Part shown: positions 11,621 to 24,466 of the stretch, piece by piece
Layout: every line of letters begins with the position of its first letter
Position numbering within the stretch: the stretch's first letter is position 1
DNA from: Ophelia neglecta
Taxonomy: Eukaryota
DNA length: 64,000 nt
Direction of reading: 5' to 3'
Assembly (NCBI GenBank): GCA_965285935.1
Contig: OZ260664.1
Coordinates: 71,920,001-71,984,000 of the forward strand
Notes under the pieces: model-generated
Told to the model about the DNA's origin: nothing
Database searches by the model: none
Seen by the model: the letters and a program-made list of their open reading frames with translations, nothing else
Program-made: the position numbers and the translations under genes

Positions 11621-13014
11621 TAATACTGTGGTCCTTAAATTGTCCTTACCGTTACTCTTTGCTATCCTTTATTGTGCTTTTTATCAACAGCAGATCCGAG
11701 AAATTGGCCTTGTGAACTAACTTAAACTCCTATTACAGGAGGGTGAGTGGATGGAGTTTTTTGGGAAGACTAGCTTGCGGTACAACCTTTAAATACTTTC
11801 CAACATTACCAAAATCATATCTACATCATAACCTTGTCTCCGCCAGTAGGATTTGGCCAAAGGCAACCATTATTAATGAAGTGGTGGCTTTAAGACACAT
11901 GTGTGCACTTGATGATACTGTATGGAGTAAATTAAACATACATGACCTAGCTATAGACCTGGCTGTTTAATTAGTAGGTAAAGCATGTCCCGCATACACA
12001 GGTGTCCTCGTACCACCACTCTAAAGACCTAGTACTTGCTTCTGGCCGAAGCCCCTCATTTGCTATTTAAATTTGCCATGTACACACATCTTGCAAATTC
12101 ATCAAGATAATTAGGGTCGTCTTCAAACATCATACCTTCTGGAACAATTCCGTGAAGCTTACGATAAGGTTCTCAGCTATGCAGTTGCTAATTTGTATTT
12201 CTTTTAACTTAGAAGGCTTTATGAAAAGTCTGAATTGAACCAATATCTTCACTTTCGATATATGGAGTTCATTATAGGCTTCATACAAGCATCTAAAACA
12301 GTGTCCCAATCGGCTTGTTTGGTGCACGTGTATAATTAATCAAATTTGTGTTACGGAACTTAATATACTTCACACATGTGGGGATGTGATTTTTAAAACC
12401 GATGAAAAATAATTGTGGAGTAGTGTTTGAATATATCGGCTAGGGTAGTGCCAGCAGTGCAGTCACGCAATTTGAGAAAACGTTTCAAAGTAATTTGGTC
12501 GATGATCGTAGCTGGTGTAGCGATATTTCGCGTTAGTAGTTTTATCACTGGGACCTGGTATTAAACAAATCAAAAAGTGAACTTTTAAAACATCGTACTA
12601 TAGCCATGCTATAAATAAGATCGTACTGTAGAGAATATATTTGAAATTGTTGTCAGCAAAAGAATCCATAGAGCGCATGGAGCTACTAGACACCAATGAA
12701 TACTACCATATAATCGAGTCATTATTATTGAAAAAATTACATGTTCCATTATAATATGAATGGTACAGGTGTAAAAATTTTAATGAGTGGGCGACGCGAT
12801 GTTCAAAATAATATTCAACATTTTCATATTCATATTCTTTAATAACATGTAACAAAGAATTATTTATTTATTTATTGTAACTTATACAAGTGGTAATGTA
12901 AAATGAAATCTTGTTAATATTTATATTTATAAACAAATGGCATATTCACAGACAATTATCTGTGGGATAGTTTTACATGAGAAACGTTGCTCAGTCAATA
13001 TGTAGTTTATAAAG

Positions 13015-16000
13015 TTAATAAACTGGGAATTCGCCCTCATCTAACCCCTCCGAATAAACCATGTATCTACCGTTGGTTAATGTATGTCTTGGGATCATAC
13101 TTCCTTCATTAGATTTCAGTGAATTCACCTCTGGAGGTCGCCCCATGGTTTCTAAATAATCTCCTTGTTGTTTGAAAATATTGAACACTGAAATTCGGCC
13201 ACGGCCTCTTTGCTGTTGGCTTTCTTTAGACTGGTCATTGTTATTGTTGCTTTGCTGACGGGTGGGATCTGTGAAATGTGGCGGGTGTGGGGGTTGTCGT
13301 TGGTAGCCTGAAGCTTCTGGTGAAGATTTCTCCCAGGGTTTGTATTTAATCATACAAGCCACCAAAATGATTAGAGCCACTGCTACGAATCCTGCCACAA
13401 TTCCAAAAATTAACGCAAAATCTGTCGTCTGCTCTTGCCCGGCTAGCATTCTGGGGCTTATATATTGCAGGAACCCTACTTCATGGCTGATATACTTGCC
13501 TATGTTCACCTGTAAAAGACAACACACGTGTACATGTCATGGGAATCGGTAGCATATTCCCCCGTGCCAGTAGGTATTAATAAAATCAAAATCAAATATT
13601 GATGTGGAGACGCCATTGCGAGATATCTATGCTGGTTTGTCAATATCAAATTCAATTTCCGTATTATTTTACTACTTTTTTTTAAACACGTAAAATATTC
13701 GCTATACTTCTCGTTCACACAACGCCAATTTGATTGCTTACTCTAACTAATTCTTGAGACAGTCCTGTGGTGTTATCGACTACAGCATTCCGATAAGGAA
13801 GTTTACAGACTAGCCAATCAGATTCCAGCTGCATCATTACACATTCTTCCCCCGAAACATATACACCATAGTCATGTATTGTGCAACCTTCGCTTAAGTC
13901 TTGACCCTAAACAAAAAACATGACGTGTCAATTTTACAAAAATTCTAATTTGCATAGCAATATCGCTCGACGGAATCATCAAGTCTCCAAGTACATGCGT
14001 GCCCCTATCTGTGAACTTAAAATAAAAAAGCCTGCTGTTATTTTTTGTGCTAATTTTGTATTAAACGTCTAGATATGTTGGAAAAAACTCACCGTAATGT
14101 TAAGAAAGGGGTGGGTAAATGGATGCTGTCTAACACCTTTATTAAAGTAGTTAATGTTGGGATCGGGGACAACTGTAATTTCTCCGAACTCTGGCAGGGC
14201 TTTGGTCACATTCTGGTATCGTTCATAACCGTCAAACTCAAATCCAAGCCTGATCGAGATGGTTACCCTCTTCATAAGGAAAAAATCTAGTTTTTGTCTG
14301 TTTTTTAATTCTGGAAGGAAGAAAGCATTTTCATGTACACAATCAAAGATGTTAGAACGTGTACCCTAGTTTCAAGTTTGTCACAAGATACCACTGCTAG
14401 CAAATTGACCGTTTGTGATTTGATGTCTACAATAAAGAGATCTTACCCGTGTCTGGTAGAGACCTCTTCCCCCTGGAACTATTTAATCCCGAGATGAGGG
14501 TTAAGTTAGGTGTAATGCATTCCAGTAATGTTGAGTTTATGGCGGTGCACACCTGCAAATGTAATCCATTGTTATTAATTAAAAATAAAAAGAATCTTGA
14601 AGCAGAAAAATGCTCATATAAAAATTCTATATACGGTTGTTCACTGATGGTATCTTACACGAAAAAAGAATTTTTATATTATGTCTCTCTAATTAAAAAT
14701 TTTATCCCTAGGGTATTCCGAAGGTAGCTTCCGGCCTAGCCTTACCTGGGAGAACATTGCTTCTTCCGCCTCACCGTTCGCCATGTCGAATCTGACATAG
14801 AGATTTAATACAGGCTTTGCGACGGAGTCAAGGTACGATCCCTCAACAAATAATTTTATACCCCCACTGCAAAAGAATTCAGAAACATCGGTCTCGCATA
14901 TGCATGCAATCCAAACACGGGGCAGTTAGCAATAACTGAAAGACTACCATTGCCAAAACATAATTTTAAAGCTGTAGCGAATGGACAGATAGATAGACTA
15001 CTAATTGTGTTACCATGCTTCCCTTCTCACCTCATCAAAACTGATGTTGGGAATAACTTTGTGATAGCTGGATTTCGTTTGAAGTTGAAGTCAAAGCCAG
15101 TTGGTACCGGGACTGGACACTTTAGCGTGATTTGCCAACTTTTGTACAGCTCCACTTCCGGTGTAACAAATCTTACCATGTCACTGGAGAAAATAGATGG
15201 TTAATGTTTCGAATTAACGAACAAGCATACACTCTGGTTTTTTCCAACCAGTACAAAATTTCAGCAAGCCCGGATATAATTGTTTCGAAGACTTGAAAAA
15301 AAATATATACTTTGATGATTACTAGGGTAATTTAATAGTCCTTGTTGATTTATTTTTATTTTTATTTTCTAAACAATGTACGCGGCTTTCGTGTTATCTC
15401 ATTAATTAACTGCAGCAACGAAGTCACCTGGTCTGGTTGTCGATATCAAACTCTTTCGGTCCTAATATAATTTTGGTAGCGTTTATGATGTCCAAATTTT
15501 CGCCCTTCACAACGACAATGGTTCCACCTGCTGCTGGACCGAACAATGGACCCGCCGAAATGAAGCGGGGCAACCCTGCAAGTACAGATTAATAATCGGA
15601 TCCGAATCTTTATTGTAACAAAGTGAAGTGAAAGCCCATCCCATCACAGTCTTTCCCATAGATAGTCATCGTTGTCCCCACTGCACCGCAGAAGACACAC
15701 ACGCTGCGCCCAATATCGCAACACCCTTAAATTGCAAGCAAAATTGGTGGGCATTGGAAAGATTTTGTCTCGGGGTTCGAGACAAAAAATAATCACTGTA
15801 CATAATTATGACTAGGTAGATTATAACTTTTACAACACTATTTCATATGGACTTTTAGGAATATACATTTCATGAGTAAAGAAAATGGTTTGTACTGTAA
15901 CACTACTTCATTGGTATATACATCTCTAGATTTACTTACGAGGCGATGCTGTTGAGGTCTCTGCTGTAGTAGTCGTCATAGTTGTTGTGGAAGTAGCCAT

Positions 16001-19000
16001 CTCGCTGGTAGTTCCAGTATTAGTAGTGTCATTAGTGTCCGAATCATTTGCACTTCCTAAAGTATTGGTGGTGACATAAATGACTTCGGTAGTATCGGGA
16101 AGAGTTGTCTCGTTTTCACTCGAGGATTCCATTGTTAGTGTCGCGTTGAACGATACATCCGTTGTAGTGTCAATGTCACTAGACATGTTTGACGTGCTTG
16201 TTTCGTTGTCGCCTGAGATTCCAGGAATTGTAGAAGACAATGATATGATTGCAGAAGATGGTGGCGAGGCTGTAGAAGATATTGACATGGATGCAGACGA
16301 TAGTGACGTGGATGCAGAAGATAGCGACGGGGTTGAAGAAGGTATTGATTGGGTTGATGAAGCTGAAGAAGGTAGTGATAGGGTTGTAGAAGGTAGTGAT
16401 GAAATTGAAGAACTCATTGATGCAGTTATTGCATCACGTGTTACACTGCTTTCGTTTTCACTTCCACCAGGCTTCGATGTTATGTCTGTATTTAAAGTCT
16501 GCGATGATGTGAGACCATTCACTGGTGTTGATGGATTATCCGTAGATTCTGTTGTATGGACTGAAGTAATCAAAACTCCTAAACAGGAGGAAAAAGAACG
16601 ATATATTAGAGTAGTCGGTAGCGTTAGCAGAACGAGGCTTATTAAAACAGTGGCTAAAACCACATAACTGTCAACCAGTCAATGAGCATTTGACTGATTA
16701 GTGTACGTTCCAAATAACACCAATCTTAAGTTTAACCAATATCATGGGTTTACCTCACCCATGCATAAACTGGGTCACCATTTCAGGACCGCAGCCTGGA
16801 ATTCAAAGGAGGCGGGCTGGGGTGGGGTGTCATCGAAAACCTGGGCCACCATAAAAGTACCTATGTTGGGGTAGGGGCTTTGGTCCTTAATGTCGATACA
16901 TTTACTGCGACACAGATTTCTGAATGACTTATACAATATTTTACTTCAAATTAATTAGGAAAATGAAGCATATTGCAAGTCAGGTTAGGAAAATATTTTT
17001 AGCGGTAAAAATGGGTAAAATGTGATAATAATTTTACTGGATGTACTAAGTTAAGATACAACATAATGACCCAGTCAGCCCCCCTGGCGTTCGTCTGTAG
17101 ATTATGCCAAATTCCCTAGTTGTTGCTCTCCGGCTACGAAAGTATTGATTTTGAAAAAACATGTAAATACTAGTAGGTCTGTTCTTAAGATCAGTGGTAT
17201 CTGAATAGCATTTTATGGGCTTAAACGGTAACTACTCTTCGCCGGAATGCGCAACTTGATATCTCGAAAATTGGGCTACACCTCCCTTATATATATAGTA
17301 TCCCCAAAATGGGCTGCGTCGTACATGGTCTAGCACAGTTACCCAGTTGACTGACGGTAAATGTGTTACATACCCTAGGTTTAACTAACCCCAAATTGCC
17401 ATGACATTAATTGTAATAACATTGACGCGAGTTTTGGTAGATAGCTTCCCCGAGTACATTGGGGGGAACCTGACAACATCGATATGACCACTTTAGTAAG
17501 AACAATTTCAAAACGATTTCTCACAAATTGACAAATATTAAATTTCAAAACGACTTCTCACAACTTTACAAATGTTTAAGGTGTTATTTTGCGCACTTTC
17601 CTATTTCTTGTTGTAATAGGCAACCAAGAGGCACGTACAGCAATGGCTCGGCCGGGGGGGGGGGGGGGGGGGACGTTTGGTACATTTTCGATAAACACAG
17701 GTGCACTGGAGCGTTGTTTGTATCTAGTAACTACGAGTCAGGCCGCTTTTAGCAACCAATTTATTCAGCGACATCTATAAGCTCTCCTACTTGTACGATT
17801 CCCTTTTTGTTTCACCATTGATAAAAGATATGGGAAATGTGAAGATACTCAAAGTCTATAGGCGGTGGATTAACGAAATGCTAAACTATATAATTATGCA
17901 AGGTCGATCGTGACTTCTAGAAATTGTACAGCCTTGCATTTTCATGCCTGATCTCGGTAAACATCGGGTATACCCTACGGTTAAATGTCTGTTCGCCATG
18001 AATACGTTACTTTACCTAAATACCTACTTCTACATATAGTATATGCGGGAAAAACAGTACTACATTGTTAGGATTTTTATTTGTCAAAGTACTTTTCTTT
18101 GTCGCGGAAGTTTGATTGTAGCAAATATCATGGAAGTTAACGCAGGTTTAAGGCCATGCAACCGCTGTGGGCCTTATTTCTTTGGCCAATGTGTCCTTTT
18201 TAAAACTGAATTTTGTAAATGTTGCTTGCGTATAAACAAATAACATAATGACACATATAAAACACGGAAGTAGACGGATGTTCTACCACGGTTTAGAGAT
18301 AACAAAACGTATGCTTCTGGAAAGGAAAATGCTGAATCAGGTGTCAAGAGAGGCCATCAAGGCATATAAAGTCCCCACACAGGAAATAAGAAAAAAATAT
18401 AAGTTATGCAGCCTTCTGTCAGAACTAAACTACCTTTACATGTACTCGCAAATTCAATTTGTTCCTTATTTGGTTAATTTTCATAGATAGGTTTTAGTTG
18501 AACTTTCAATATATCAACCCGGTTGGGAACCTAATAATGATGCGTAATAGATGTGCCAGAATATCTAGAACAATCACTATGATTTTTATGTCAGTTTTCC
18601 AGTCCAATTGACAAATATACGACTATACCTCGCGGAAGCTTAACGATTATGTACTGGTATAAGTGGAGCCAATTACTATGATATATATACATGCTATCAT
18701 TTAATCGTAAGAAATGTTTCCGACAGAATAGCGCGATTTCAGATTTCGCAATTATTTAGTATAGGATAAGTTCGCCACCATATATTATGACTAGCCTCTA
18801 AAATAACCACAAAAGGCAAACCTTCTATAAAGTTCATTATGTTTAAATGTTCTCGCAGGAAATATTAAAGAATTTGCAGCAGTCGCGAAAATCACAAACA
18901 TTTCAAAACGAGAACATTTAGCAATATGGCCTAGATTACAGCAGGATCCCTTCCGCATTGACATTGAAAACATTCTCTTTCACAGAGCACCGTTACTTCA

Positions 19001-20008
19001 TTATGATGTTCTTACAGCTAAGAAGCCGTGACAAGTAGATATTGTCCCAAAAAACCACGCACTAACATTTCTTTGTGTAATTAACCCTGGGGTGTTTTAT
19101 AAATGAGACGCTCTCTTTGACATTCCTTAGAAATAAACTTATTTACATTCTGACAATTTAGTAACTTTAGTAACAGCAGCCCATTACCTTTACCGTTTAC
19201 ACTGGTGACTTTGCATATGTCAAGAGTCCAGTTAGTCAGTCACCCCTTAAAACGGAGGGGCATGAGAGTTCACAGTGTCATGAAGGTCAGCACTTCACTG
19301 AAGGTCACCCGGTATCATATTAAATTTTAATACATTGTCCATCTTAGGAAACAATTAGAGATGTTTACTAATCGAGCTAAATCATATGCAGCTCTTTCTA
19401 TCATACTCTAATCTCCTTTACATCCTCAGCACATTAAATTGAAATAGGATAATTTTTACACAAACAATCACACCGGAATTAACTTAGGCACAATATATAT
19501 ATCGACAGTAATTACAAATAACAATTTATCAACACACTAAATTTGGAATCGACACCAACACGTACCTTGCTTGATAATCCGATCGACAACTGATTTTTTT
19601 TCACAGACTCACCACATTTGAAATATCCTAACCTCTGACTGGCGACACTAGGTGACTAAAATTAATACCTGTTCCGCGATATATACGGCCTCTTAAATAA
19701 TGACAAGCGACACAGTCACTTTTGCTGACATACTGACATAAAGATCGACCCATTAATACCAATCCCTGGGCCTATACTACAGACAACCAAACCACAACGA
19801 TTTAAAGCACGACGCACATGTATTTTGTTTTGGGTTGCGTAACTGATTTTGAAAATCATTACCAGTACCTACAGCTTCGTTATCACTGATGTTATTATCT
19901 AATTAAGTTCGTTTTCTAATTATTTAAGAGTGTACCCTTGTTGTACCTACCTGCAACATATATAATCCACAAGTGTGTCAGAAGACACGTCCTCCTGTGA
20001 GTAGCCAT
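13015..20008 (-). CDS. Type I membrane protein: signal peptide + Ser/Thr mucin-like region + 3 plexin/MET-like IPT(TIG) domains + TM + short tail; 9 coding exons, ~700 aa
   Basis: Exons: 20008-19951, 16578-15940, 15575-15428, 15183-15031, 14866-14746, 14552-14447, 14310-14093, 13906-13742, 13509-13015. All GT-AG, phases match, sum 2103 nt. Signal MATHRRTCLLTHLWIIYVAGVLITSVHT. IPT motifs P..GPAAGGTIVVVKGENL, SGGIKLFVEGSYLDSVAKP, LECITP, LGFEFDG, VPDPNI..F, LNITGQDL, C....L.C..P, VNIG...VGFLQY. TM FALIFGIVAGFVAVALIILVACMI. The signal exon is the least certain part. Confidence 0.85.
17504..17577. repeat. Tandem duplication, 37-bp unit x2
   Basis: AATTTCAAAACGAYTTCTCACAA.TT.ACAAAT.TT at 17504 and 17541. 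Confidence 0.8.
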
Positions 20009-22085
20009 GTCTAAGAACTTGGCGGAAGGAACAATAATATACAGGTCCAGGTCGCCCTATAGGCCAAACAGGATTTAGTTTAAACACCTCGGTATTTCAT
20101 ACGTTTTGACATATTGCCTGCTAGGTTGTTTTCTCCCTTTATAAGCGCTCACTTGAAGCAGCCAATCCCGGCCTCACAAAACCTGCAAAACTGACTTTTG
20201 GTTCACGAAAACGAATATTTAGTGTTATCCTCCCTCCGCACTTCACACTTGCAGCCTTGTCTTGTATGTACATTGGGATTGTATCAGTAAAACCAACTAT
20301 ACACGTGATCGCTTGACAAAGCTCTCAAAACCACACACCCTCAGCTAGTTGTAAACCGACTTGATCATGCTTCAAGGATTTGTATAGAAACTCACTCATG
20401 TGAATCAAACAAGGTAGTTAATATTGTCACGGCCGCGCGACGAAAATCAAATATCAGTAGGTGGTAGCCAACTTGGGAAGACTTTTGGAACTTAAGATTG
20501 TTTTTATTTATTAAATTTCAAGTTTCACATTTTTAATTTGACATGTTCTATTACAGAAGCACTGAACACTTGTTCATAAAATGAAACAAATACTTTCCAT
20601 TACAAAATGGCTGACAGTGTCCAATTGAGTTTCTCTGCAAACTTGTATGAAAGCTCATCCAAAAAGATCCTAATTGACCATATCTGCAAAATGGATAATC
20701 TAACACTCACTTTCAATACCACATTCGATGCAAAAGCAAAATAAACTTATTAACAAGCAACGTCCCAAAATAGGACATGGATTCATCGATTGATTTTGGT
20801 AAAATAAGAAAGGGTGTGGCACCCGTCGGGACCGAAAACAAGACGTAGTCTTTTTCACAGTATACAGAGTAGTATTGATTTAGTATTTTATTGATGACCT
20901 GTAATCAACTAAAAAATTAACAAGCAGTAATACACGGGTGATTATCATAATAAGGGAGGGGCGAGCAGCTCTTTGGATTTATGACTGCCTAGGTTGATTG
21001 CAAACTCATTATTGCCAGTCAACGAGTACGCCATGGTCGAATGATTTTAACAGAGAGGAATACAGTTAACAAACTAAATTTCTTCTCAAGTTTATGCACA
21101 AGTATTCTGAACTAGGGCACACTGCTTGTACATGCATTCAAAAGTCAAAGGAATTAGTTACATTTACATTCGATCGGGACACCTGTTATGAATTTAACAG
21201 ATATTCGTTGTTTGAGAAACAATTATAGGAATCACAATCTGTTCAAGTGAATGAATGAAAAGCAAAACATGGATTCTATTTGCATCATATATATATAATT
21301 ATGCTCTATATATGTTTCAGGAAATATCCATGTTTAGATGTTTTTATTGAAAGTTTGTTGTTCTATACCGAGGGATGTAATGCGTTTAAAAATGATTCAC
21401 GCATACTTTTATATTTTGTTACTAGTTAACAAAGGAATTTATATAGGTTTTATTTTAAAACCTCTCCTGTAAATTTGCAAAGATCTGGTAGTGATAGGTG
21501 ATTGAATTAAACCTTATAGCTGAATGTTAATGGAATGACCAAGAGAGATGTGATCATTTTAGAATCTGACGAGGGTGTCGAGAGAGTGTCCTAGAATCTA
21601 CCTATCTACCTAAATAATTATAGGATCAACAGGCCTTCAAAGTAAGTCGCGGGAGCTACGAAAAATGATGCGTCTAAAATAACTCTATAAATGGTATCAA
21701 ACTAAAATTCCGTTCAAATTTCGAAGCAAAATTTGTATTGGTCAGTTATAATACACATGTTTGTACAGGTTTGTTTTAGTCCAATAATGTTCGGATGTCT
21801 GTTCACTTGTCAAAAAAATTTCTCTTTACCGTACAAATATTTAACAAAGCTTAATGTTATTTTTCTAAACAAAAAAAACCATGAATAATGCATTGCAAAA
21901 AAAGTCACAGGACGACAATGTAAGGTGTATAATTTTTTACTCCAATGTATAAATTATATCTCGAGATGTTTTGCATTAATTAAGTTTCAGAGAAATATAG
22001 TTGCCTAAGAATGCCAAATTAACATTATTAAATGTAATTTTTTATTATATGATATTAAAGTTGATTTAATATGTGGAAATTAAGT

Positions 22086-22130
22086 TCATTTATGTTATTT
22101 TAAATTCATCTATGTTATTTTAGATTCATT
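22086..22130. repeat. Tandem repeat, 20-bp unit x~2.3
   Basis: TTCAT(T/C)TATGTTATTTTA(A/G)A repeated. Confidence 0.7.
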
Positions 22131-23122
22131 TCACATTATTATGTCAAAGTGAATTTCAGATAACTGTTTGTCAATATATTTTTGCTCATATGTACATGTA
22201 CATGTACTTCCAATGACAAGAGAATTTAACATCAATGAAATATAATAGGACAATTTTAATGTTTTTGCCTTCTTTTCATTCTGTAATTCATATTTTGCAT
22301 AATAATATCGTGTGGACACGTTTTGAAATGCATGATTCGCATATAATATATTAGCATGGTTAAAACTTTGTCAAATTTTGCCTACACGCAATAAAAAATT
22401 TGGCAGTAAAATTCCATTGACATAAATAAGGCCGAAAAAGCGATTTTTTGTTAATATGTCAAATTGAATGAATTATTCGACATTTTTATTTGAAATTCAC
22501 AATTCCGGAATTAATGTGGAATTCTATATTCTGTTCGATAATATTTCAAAATTTGTGTGTGATATTTTTCAGGCACACATCAGTCATCAAGAAACACTTA
22601 ACATTTACAGCTATACGTTTGGAAATGACCTATACTCGCCAGGGGAGACGCGGCTTTAAATTCCTCAGCCTACCACTTTAACAACTTGTGCTGTCTAGTT
22701 TTTCATCGGTCTACTTACTTACACCTGACAGAGGAAAAACATCACATGTTTACAGCCGTTGTCAACGTTGTCTCTTGTATATGTGAAACCAAATGCGATA
22801 TCGCACTACGGATCTTTGCACGTGTCAAACTGGTCTACATTTCACCATGCAGGCAAAGGACAGGGACATATCAAAGAACTTTTATTATTTACCCAACAAT
22901 TGCAGAAGTATGCAAACATGCTGCATAGGCAAGGCAACACACTATTTAACTATATTAATATTCATCTTACAATATATTGTCTCTTACGCCGCTCTAATTG
23001 AACAAATATCCAGCACTTGAACTACCTTAACTGTGCTGTCAACAATCTCTAGATCTCTATGAGTTAATGAGAGCCTATAGATATAGCTAAGGTAAGTTCA
23101 CACTCTGGTCATCAATAAGGTT

Positions 23123-24466
23123 TCACATACAGTGTCCACGACATTTGCATTTTGGTGTACAGAGTAATCCACGGGATCTACAGCCACAACGCTGACTACA
23201 TGGCACTGACTTACAGGCACATTTGGTCAGTTCATGGCATGCCTTTGAAATTTGATCCCGCATAGTCCAAAAGGGGACCCAATGATCACCAGGTTTCTGC
23301 CAACCCCAGTTGCTGGCACTAGGGATTTCTGGACACCGTAGTGTCATTTGAGACCAAATCAGTCCAGCCTGATATGCCGCCCGCTTTGAATGCTCCACGA
23401 GAGCTGCCTTGGTTGGGGGAATGTTTTCAATAGAACGGTTCTTTTGAGTGAAGAGATATTGACGGGCATTGTCCACAGAATGATAGCTATTCTTTTTGTC
23501 ATAAATAGAGATAATAAAAGACTCCAATTCCTTCAAATCAACATGTCCTATGTCACTTGGTTGTTGGGATAATTTCACAAACGTATTTGTTATGGTGTCA
23601 TTGTTCATCCACCTATTCCACCATGTGACCTTTGATGAACCAGCAAGAAATGAAACGGTATCACAGCCGCTAAACGCATGGAAGAATAGTAGTCCTATTG
23701 ACTTCTCCTTTCCAAGTGACATAGCAATTTCATGGCATGGGTAATACTTGACTCCAGTTTTTCCATTTCCAAAAGCGACCCATAGTTCTTCAAGGGAATG
23801 TATCATGTGTTTGGCTGCAATAGCCAACACCACCACATCTGTATCAACAGACCTAATGACCACCCTATGGAGGCCTTTGTCTACGCCATCGGCAGCATGC
23901 AAGAACATTCTGGTGTCAGCTTCTTCTTGGCTACATGGGCTGAGTCTGGACATATCTTCACCTTTTGAACATCGAGTGTATGTTTCATGCGTCGTAATTA
24001 TAACATTGTTTTCAATATCAAATTTTTCAATCTTTCTCGAAAGGAACATGAATAATTCTTTCTTGTTCTCGGGCACTCTGAGAAAATCATGCCAATCTGC
24101 TGGAAGAGAACAGGTTCCTTTCACAAGTCGACGGATACCTTGTCCTCGCCTTCCTCTCTCGATATGCTTCAAGCTATCATTAATGTAAGTATCAAAGACG
24201 ACATCAAGGCGAGACGACACTGTATTCGCTTCTCTGACCAAATAGGGCTGGAAGACATTTTCCCAGTATTCGTCAAAGGTTTTGACTCCATTTCTGTGCA
24301 GTATGTGGACTATTGCAGCACCGTTCAATATTTTCATATCAGCTTCGGGAGCAGCATGGCAAGGTGGCACAATCTGCTCCAGGCACAACAGTAGGTCCGA
24401 CTTCTTCCCACTCCGCAGAGAACCATCAACAGACAGCGACGGGGGGAAAGGGTGGTTTTCATTCAC
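23123..24466 (-). pseudogene. Uninterrupted C-terminal part of the Academ protein (XPG/FEN-like PIN nuclease + Cys-rich CXC-like finger)
   Basis: 447-codon open frame beginning at GTG after a 1-bp frameshift; first ATG at 24337. The usual DGAA motif reads NGAA (codon 24325-24323), suggesting a lost catalytic Asp. Confidence 0.7.

Noticed and set aside
16579-16663. Hydrophobic signal-peptide-like start of ORF 15932-16663
   Set aside because: Starts at GTG after an in-frame stop and spans a strong polypyrimidine tract and acceptor at 16579-16580; a phase-matched ATG signal exon exists at 20008-19951. A weak alternative using 16781-16759 cannot be excluded.
16080-16667. 195-aa acidic ORF on the + strand
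   Set aside because: Antisense shadow of the Ser/Thr-rich mucin exon; no independent splice or domain support.
16784-17140. Decayed hAT-like MITE (CAGGACCGCAGCC ... GGCTACG)
   Set aside because: Right TIR too degenerate and no TSD.
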